NCBI GenBank assembly: GCA_001797275.1
Contig: MGOY01000025.1
Span: 30,964-94,963, forward strand
DNA length: 64,000 nucleotides
Origin: Clostridiales bacterium GWF2_38_85
GTDB lineage: Bacteria; Bacillota; Clostridia; Oscillospirales; CAG-382
Direction of reading: 5' to 3'
Shown: piece by piece, positions 58,357 through 64,000 of the stretch
How positions within the stretch are numbered: the stretch's first letter is position 1
How the letters are laid out: every line of letters begins with the position of its first letter
Notes under the pieces: generated by a model
Told to the model about the DNA's origin: nothing
Database searches by the model: none
The model's input: the letters and a program-made list of their open reading frames with translations, nothing else
Translations under genes and position numbers: made by a program

Positions 58357-59271
58357 TTATTTTTTTCTATCAAGTAAATAATCTGCTAATAACAGAAGTC
58401 TTTGCTTTACTTTGCTGCCCGGAAACACATCAAGACACTTTTTTGCATTCTCTGTCAGCTCAATTGCAAACTGTTTTGCACCATCCAACCCAAGCAGCGA
58501 AACATAGGTTGATTTATTGTTGTTCAAATCCGAACCGGTGTTTTTGCCAAGCTCTGCGCTGTTGCCTTCTATGTCAAGTATGTCGTCAACAACCTGGAAT
58601 GCACGGCCGATATAATATCCATAACCCTTTGCCGCGATCTTTTTCGCTTCGTTTGCTTTGCCTGCAATACATCCAAGCTCACAGGCTGCCGCAATCAATG
58701 CGCCTGTTTTCAGGCTGTTCATCAGGTCAAGCTTTTCTCTTGTAAGTTGATTCTTTTCACCGTCAAGGTCAAGCTGTTGACCGCCGATCATGCCTTCCTT
58801 GCCAGCGTAATATGACAGACATTCGACAGCATCGCAGTTCTGGAGCGGTGACAGCTGACGGTTTGACGCACATGCATACATTGCAAGCAATGATAGTGCA
58901 TCACCCGCAAGTATTGCTGTTGCTTCGCCGAAAACGATGTGATTCGAAGGCTTGCCACGCCTCATGTCGTCATCATCCATTGCCGGGAGATCGTCGTGGA
59001 TCAGCGAGAATGTATGGATAAGCTCAACTGCTGCGGCATAACTCTCGCAGCCTTCTATATAAGAATCACATTCGTCGGAAGCGGCGGAAAACTCATAAAC
59101 TAAGTATGGCCTGATCGCTTTTCCGCCTGCGAAAACCGAATATTTCATTGAATCAATAAGTGATTTAAAATAGTCCTCGCCAAGCTTTGAAGAACAAAGC
59201 CGTTCAAGCTCTTTTTTAGTTACCATCGAAAGTGTGTCCATCATTCCGGTCAATTCGTCGTAATTTTTCAT
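58357..59271 (-). CDS. ispA: Geranyltranstransferase / polyprenyl diphosphate synthase
   Basis: GGK.IRP, SLIHDDLPAMDDDDMRRG, KT and FQVVDDILD motifs. Confidence 0.95.
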   Translation of the reverse strand: MKNYDELTGMMDTLSMVTKKELERLCSSKLGEDYFKSLIDSMKYSVFAGGKAIRPYLVYEFSAASDECDSYIEGCESYAAAVELIHTFSLIHDDLPAMDDDDMRRGKPSNHIVFGEATAILAGDALSLLAMYACASNRQLSPLQNCDAVECLSYYAGKEGMIGGQQLDLDGEKNQLTREKLDLMNSLKTGALIAAACELGCIAGKANEAKKIAAKGYGYYIGRAFQVVDDILDIEGNSAELGKNTGSDLNNNKSTYVSLLGLDGAKQFAIELTENAKKCLDVFPGSKVKQRLLLLADYLLDRKK

Positions 59272-59519
59272 TGCTGTTCAGTCTCAAATTCTGTTTCTGT
59301 TATTTCTCCGTCTTTGTTTAAAAGTATCTTGACCTTGCTTTCGGCACCGTCAAGCATTGTGTTGCAGAGCTTGACCAGTTCGGTACCCTCTTCAAACATC
59401 TTCAGCAGTTCATCGAGCGGGGCGCTGCCGTCATCAAGCGCCTGGACAATGTCCTCAAGCCTTTTCATTGCTGTTTCAAAGGTGTATTTTTCTTTTTTCG
59501 CTGTCTTCATTTCGCTCAT
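59268..59519 (-). CDS. xseB: Exodeoxyribonuclease VII small subunit
   Basis: FE.AM.RLE.IV..L, L.....FEEG..L...C...L..AE pattern. Confidence 0.95.
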   Translation of the reverse strand: MSEMKTAKKEKYTFETAMKRLEDIVQALDDGSAPLDELLKMFEEGTELVKLCNTMLDGAESKVKILLNKDGEITETEFETEQQ

Positions 59520-59526
59520 TTTTTAT

Positions 59527-60750
59527 TTATCCTTCCTTTAGAAAGCTCAAGTCTATCCGTTTGACCGTTGTCTCTGCTTCGCCGTCGTTGAATTTCAGCT
59601 TTAATTTATCTCCGATGTTAATATCTTTGGCACTGTAGACAGCACCTTTTTCACTGAATGCGATTGCGTACCCTCTCTTGAGGGGTGAATATGGGTTGAG
59701 CAGTGTTATTTTCTCGCCGATATGCTGCGTCTTTGTTCGTTTAAGTTCAAACAATCTTTGCATTTCAATGCCGAGAGTATTTTCAAGCTCAACCAGAGCC
59801 ATCCGCCTGTCGCTTATTGTATTCAACGGCGATATCATCGCCTTGCTTTTTTGCAACAGCATCAGCTGGTTTCTTCTATCTGCTATGTTTGCCAGCTGCA
59901 GGTCGCAGAGCCGCTTGACTACATTGGTCAGCCTTGTTTTGCATGTCTCGATCTCGGGCAGACAAAGCTGTGCGGCTTCAGAGGGTGTTGCTGCTCTTGT
60001 ATCAGCGACAAAATCAGCGATTGTGAAGTCTGTTTCATGTCCGACCGCTGACACAACCGGTATCTGTGAGCGGAATATCGCACGCGCCAGCTTTTCGTCA
60101 TTGAACGCCCATAAATCCTCGATTGAGCCGCCGCCCCTGCCGATAATCAACACATCTGCAGCATTGTATTTGTTGAAGTATTCTATTCCTTTGATAACAT
60201 CAGCCGCAGCACCGTCTCCCTGCACCAGCGCCGGGTAGAGAATCAGCTTTGCCGGTGGAAATCTGTTTTTGCTTATTTTTATAATATCCCTGATTGCCGC
60301 TCCGGTCGGCGAGGTAACAATGCCGACACGGTAGGGTGTTTTGGGAAGCGGTTTTTTATGCCTGGGATCAAACAGTCCTTCTGCATTCAAACGCTTTTTC
60401 AGCTGTTCAAATGCAACATACAGCTCACCGACACCGTCGGGCTTCATGTTTTCAGCTGTAAGCTGATAGACACCGCCCTGCTCGTAGACAGCAATCCGTC
60501 CTCTGCAAACAACATTCAATCCGTTTTCGGGAGCAAATATCAACTTTGTCGCTGATGTTCTGAACATGATACACTTCAACACAGAACCGGAGTCCTTAAG
60601 CGAAAAATAAAAGTGACCGCTTGAATGCATTGTCAGATTTGAGATTTCTCCCCTGACATAAACAGATTTGAAGGTGTTCGATCCTTCGATATATTTTTTT
60701 ATAAGACTGTTTATCTGCGATACGCTTAGTATTGCGGCTTCACTATTCAT
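59527..60750 (-). CDS. xseA: Exodeoxyribonuclease VII large subunit
   Basis: GEISN, SGHFYFSLKD, TSPTGAAIRD, RGGGSIEDLWAFN, VGHETD and TPS motifs. Confidence 0.97.
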   Translation of the reverse strand: MNSEAAILSVSQINSLIKKYIEGSNTFKSVYVRGEISNLTMHSSGHFYFSLKDSGSVLKCIMFRTSATKLIFAPENGLNVVCRGRIAVYEQGGVYQLTAENMKPDGVGELYVAFEQLKKRLNAEGLFDPRHKKPLPKTPYRVGIVTSPTGAAIRDIIKISKNRFPPAKLILYPALVQGDGAAADVIKGIEYFNKYNAADVLIIGRGGGSIEDLWAFNDEKLARAIFRSQIPVVSAVGHETDFTIADFVADTRAATPSEAAQLCLPEIETCKTRLTNVVKRLCDLQLANIADRRNQLMLLQKSKAMISPLNTISDRRMALVELENTLGIEMQRLFELKRTKTQHIGEKITLLNPYSPLKRGYAIAFSEKGAVYSAKDINIGDKLKLKFNDGEAETTVKRIDLSFLKEG

Positions 60751-61231
60751 CAGTATCTTCCTTTATATCTTCAGTTATCTCATTTTCTGCTTCGCCGTCG
60801 TCGTCCTCAAAAACCTCCACCTGTCTCGACTGGTAGTTCGGCAATGCTCTTACAACACCGCCCAAGACGCCGTTGATAAAGGAAACCCCTTTTTCGTCAT
60901 CGTAATCCTTTGCAAGCTCGACAGCTTCGTTGATTGCAACGCTGTCAGGTGTGCCAGTATAAACTATCTCAGCTATGCAAAGACGCATTATAGCTTTTGC
61001 AAGTCTACTCATTCTGTCGAATCGCCAATTTGCAGCCTTCTCGCTGATCATTGTATCAATTTCCTGCATATGTTCTGCAGCAAGGCCGAATATATATTTT
61101 GCGAATTGATTTACCTTAATTTCACGCCATTCAATAGCGTCGACAATTATTTGCTCGGGCTTTTTATCCCTGTTAAAATCATATTCAAATAACAGCTCCA
61201 ATGCTATTCCACGCGCTTCTCTTCTGTTCAT
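60743..61231 (-). CDS. nusB: Transcription antitermination factor NusB
   Basis: N-terminal RREAR arginine-rich motif, INEAVELAK and FINGVLG. Confidence 0.96.
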   Translation of the reverse strand: MNRREARGIALELLFEYDFNRDKKPEQIIVDAIEWREIKVNQFAKYIFGLAAEHMQEIDTMISEKAANWRFDRMSRLAKAIMRLCIAEIVYTGTPDSVAINEAVELAKDYDDEKGVSFINGVLGGVVRALPNYQSRQVEVFEDDDGEAENEITEDIKEDTDE

Positions 61232-61236
61232 AAACT

Positions 61237-61313
61237 ACCGCTTCCCCGACGAAATTTCAAATCTAAATTAACATTAAAACATAACCTGACCACCGCTCAC
61301 GTCGGAAAGCGGT
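61237..61313 (-). promoter_or_regulatory. nusB leader with alternative RBS-sequestering pairing
   Basis: ACCGCTTTCCGACG (61300-61313) is complementary to the RBS segment CGTCGGGGAAGCGGT (61237-61251), or alternatively to the local AGCGGT (61292-61297). Confidence 0.5.
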
Positions 61314-61348
61314 TTATCTTAACTATAATCACATACTAATACAGATTA

Positions 61349-61377
61349 ATTATACTACAAAAGTATAAAAAAATCAA
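61349..61377 (-). promoter_or_regulatory. sigma-A promoter of the nusB-ole operon
   Basis: TTGATT-17 bp-TATAAT. Confidence 0.65.
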
Positions 61378-61449
61378 TACCTCAGTATTAACTTATTTCC
61401 TGTATCGTTTTCATCGTTCTAAAATCATGAAAAATTATCCAAATCAATC

Positions 61450-61478
61450 TTGCATTTTTTACTAACATGAAATATAAT
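61450..61478 (+). promoter_or_regulatory. Divergent sigma-A promoter
   Basis: TTGCAT-17 bp-TATAAT. Confidence 0.55.
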
Positions 61479-61517
61479 ATTTTTACAAGAATAATTGTGC
61501 AAAACGCGGTTTTGTTC

Positions 61518-61622
61518 TATATTAAACTAACAAATGAATTGTGATTTTATTAATCATGAAAAAGCCATGGAGTATAGGCTTTTTCATGATTGTTGGGGTA
61601 ATTCATTTATTAGTTTTATATA
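61518..61622. repeat. Family B MITE-like long-hairpin repeat, copy 3
   Basis: TATATTAAACTAACAAATGAATTGTGATTTTATTAAT matches copy 2 at all but one position; internal IR AATCATGAAAAAGCC/GGCTTTTTCATGATT. Confidence 0.87.
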
Positions 61623-62002
61623 ATTATAATTTAGAGCATAAAATTTATCTGTATTTGTGCTACAATAATTGGTTTTATGCTGCCATCAATGGCTTATTAT
61701 CTTGTCGATACAGTAAAAGTTACTATCGACGGTAAAGATGCATAAATTATAAAAAATATATTCTCCCGGCTGCAGTTTATAGCTACAACCAGGTTTTAAA
61801 TTTTAAGTTTAACATAGCAATTTGAGAAAGTTATTTTATTTAATCATTTATATATATTATATTCATTTAATGATGTTCTCATTATATATCAAATTGTATA
61901 AAATGTAAATTATAACGTGAATACAAAATAATATCGAATTAATGCTTTACAAATCTAATTGATAATATATACTAATTATGAATAATAAAAGGAGAGATTG
62001 CC

Positions 62003-63523
62003 ATGAGGAAAACCGCAGTTATTATATTAGCGCTCATTTTACTGCTATCAGTTATAACGAGTTGCGATGTCGACAAGGACAACGAAAGCAAGACAACCCA
62101 AAGCAATGCTTCGGATACCTCAGCCACATCAGGGAGCAACGAATCAGCGGGATATGTTGCTGATATACCCGATGTAAACTACGACGGACTTGAATTCAAA
62201 ATAATGACACGACTGAAGCCTGATGCAAAATACACCGAGTTTGGGTACGATATAGAAACCGAAGCTGGTGTTATCAGCGAAGCTGTCGATAAACGAAACA
62301 ATACTGTTGAAGAGCAGCTTGGAATAGATATAGTTGAATATGCGGTTATTGACGGGCAGGGCGATTCCGTAGGTACACAGCTCAGAATGATAGAGCAGGC
62401 AAATACCGATATATACTACATAGTTCAGCCACAGCTTTACGAGGTTGCGCAGATGGCGGCCGAAGGCAGACTTTATGATATGAAAAAGCTAAGCAATCTG
62501 CATGAGTTGTCAGAACCGTGGTGGGACAGCTTCTTTATCGACGCAACCTCGATAAACAACAAGGTGTTTTTTGTAACCGGAGATATGGGCTTTAACACAA
62601 GAGACGCGATTAATGTATGCTTCTTCAACAAAAAATACATCGAAGAATATTCTCTCGAAAACCCATATGAGCTGGTAAACAACAATGAATGGACGATCGA
62701 TGTTTTAATTGAATGGTCAAAAAAGATCAGCACCGACTTTGATAATGACCAGAAGATAACCTACAAGGATAAATACGGCTTAGGCGGACAGAACGACCTT
62801 TTGATGGCTTTATTTAACGGCAGCGGCGAAAGACTTGGCGAAAAGGACGAAACCGGAAAGCCTGTTGTCAATGTATACAATAACAGAAGCGTAGATGTCA
62901 TAAATAAAATCCTGGAGCTTATGCAGGACAAGAGCCATTTTGTAACTGCGAACGATTATTTCGGCGATCCCGGTTACACTGTATCACCGACAGAATTAGT
63001 ACTTAACGCTTTTATGGAAGGCAGATCGCTTTTCTATTTTGAAATACTGCAAAAAGCTGAGTACTTGAGAGGCGCCGGCGAAGAACTTGATCTCGGCATA
63101 CTGCCGATTCCGATGTATTCGAGCAATCAAGACGGATACGAGCATGTGATAAACCCGTACAACGGCAGCGCATTTGCGATTCCGCTGTATATCGGCAGCG
63201 AAAACGCCGAAATTGCTTCGATTGTACTTGAAGCGCTCAGCGCGGAAAGTAAGAATACCGTAACACCAGCATATTATGATACCGCTCTTCTGAAACAGAA
63301 AACACGCGATATTGAAAGCCAGCAGATGCTCGACATGATTTTTTCAACCGTAAGCGTTGACCTGGGGCATGTTTATAAATGGGGTAATATGGGTTCAGCC
63401 TTAATGGCTGAAATGCTTAATTCGGGCGGCGGTAATTTTGCTTCATTGTGGGACGGAATTAAAGTCAGTGTGCAGGAAGCTGTCGATGCAACCATCGAAG
63501 CATATGATAGTATAGAAAACTGA
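62003..63523 (+). CDS. Extracellular solute-binding lipoprotein (sugar-binding family 1-like)
   Basis: RBS AAAGGAG, signal peptide with lipobox ITSC, S/T linker, PWWD, FFNK, WTID and GILPIPMY motifs. Confidence 0.85.
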   Translation: MRKTAVIILALILLLSVITSCDVDKDNESKTTQSNASDTSATSGSNESAGYVADIPDVNYDGLEFKIMTRLKPDAKYTEFGYDIETEAGVISEAVDKRNNTVEEQLGIDIVEYAVIDGQGDSVGTQLRMIEQANTDIYYIVQPQLYEVAQMAAEGRLYDMKKLSNLHELSEPWWDSFFIDATSINNKVFFVTGDMGFNTRDAINVCFFNKKYIEEYSLENPYELVNNNEWTIDVLIEWSKKISTDFDNDQKITYKDKYGLGGQNDLLMALFNGSGERLGEKDETGKPVVNVYNNRSVDVINKILELMQDKSHFVTANDYFGDPGYTVSPTELVLNAFMEGRSLFYFEILQKAEYLRGAGEELDLGILPIPMYSSNQDGYEHVINPYNGSAFAIPLYIGSENAEIASIVLEALSAESKNTVTPAYYDTALLKQKTRDIESQQMLDMIFSTVSVDLGHVYKWGNMGSALMAEMLNSGGGNFASLWDGIKVSVQEAVDATIEAYDSIEN

Positions 63524-63602
63524 TACGCAGTTTTCATTATTCAACTGTATACTTTTAAACCGTATGATCCACTTTAAACTGCAACTATATAATTGAAAAC
63601 GA

Positions 63603-63628
63603 TATCCCGCATAAATTCATGCGGGGTA
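63603..63628 (+). terminator. Probable terminator
   Basis: Stem TATCCCGCAT/ATGCGGGGTA followed by an AT-rich tract. Confidence 0.55.
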
Positions 63629-63702
63629 TTATATTATTGTAAATGTATTAATAAGAATTATTTTAACATTAAATATTTTGTCGAAAATAGTATAAAAACA
63701 AA

Positions 63703-63915
63703 ATGAGTTCTGTGTTTGAATTTGATGGAGCAAATACAACACAGTGGCAGACCCCCGAAAGACAAGACAGCGATAGCTTTAGCTCTGAAAGATGCACAGA
63801 AAGCAATACAGTTTCTCATGAGAAACTGTATATAAACTATTCGCTGTCTGAAATAAAAAAAGCTACTGGTGTTAGTAAAAGTACGATTTATTGGTATAGG
63901 TATACAAGAAAGTAA
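63703..63915 (+). other. Short ORF ending in a resolvase-type HTH (possible gene remnant)
   Basis: YSLSEIKKATGVSKSTIYWY resembles the HTH of serine resolvases; no clear RBS. Confidence 0.3.
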
Positions 63916-64000
63916 ACCCCTATATTAATGACTTTCATTAGAAAACATATTCTTTATAATTACCCGTTGCAACCGAAAACACAAAAATCCGGAGTTGCTT

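Noticed and set aside
1-64000. CRISPR array, tRNA or rRNA genes, transposases
   Set aside because: No regularly spaced direct repeats, cloverleaf or rRNA signatures, or transposase ORFs were seen. The repeats found are dispersed inverted-repeat elements.

Overview
A chromosomal segment from a spore-forming Clostridia (Eubacteriales/Oscillospirales-like) bacterium, mostly transcribed on the minus strand. Read in transcription order it carries nusB-xseA-xseB-ispA-[~590-nt OLE RNA]-oapA-dxs-tlyA-nadK-argR-recN, a VanZ gene, an ABC exporter and a frameshifted dGTPase. Next come dnaG-sigA-mtnN-pheS-pheT, ireB, a reduced dcw cluster (mraZ...ftsZ without murE, murD or ftsA) and asd. The rest holds a plus-strand sugar-utilisation trio, an internalin-type LRR gene, a decaying AT-rich NUDIX islet, a spore-coat-like gene pair, tagA-thyX-tmk, mltG-U32 and the start of a capsule locus. 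I found no rRNA, tRNA, CRISPR array or transposase. The main hidden content is non-coding. First is the OLE RNA, a known class. Second is a dispersed family of ~120-140-nt intercistronic elements (family A): a hairpin plus a three-way junction with compensatory base changes, always in mRNA-sense orientation, four of which give unrelated genes the same RBS/start cassette AAAGGAATGGTYATAAWTATG. Third are two other ~105-bp long-hairpin repeat families. Fourth are structured leaders ahead of mraZ and nusB. All RNA structures were inferred by eye; no folding or database searches were run.
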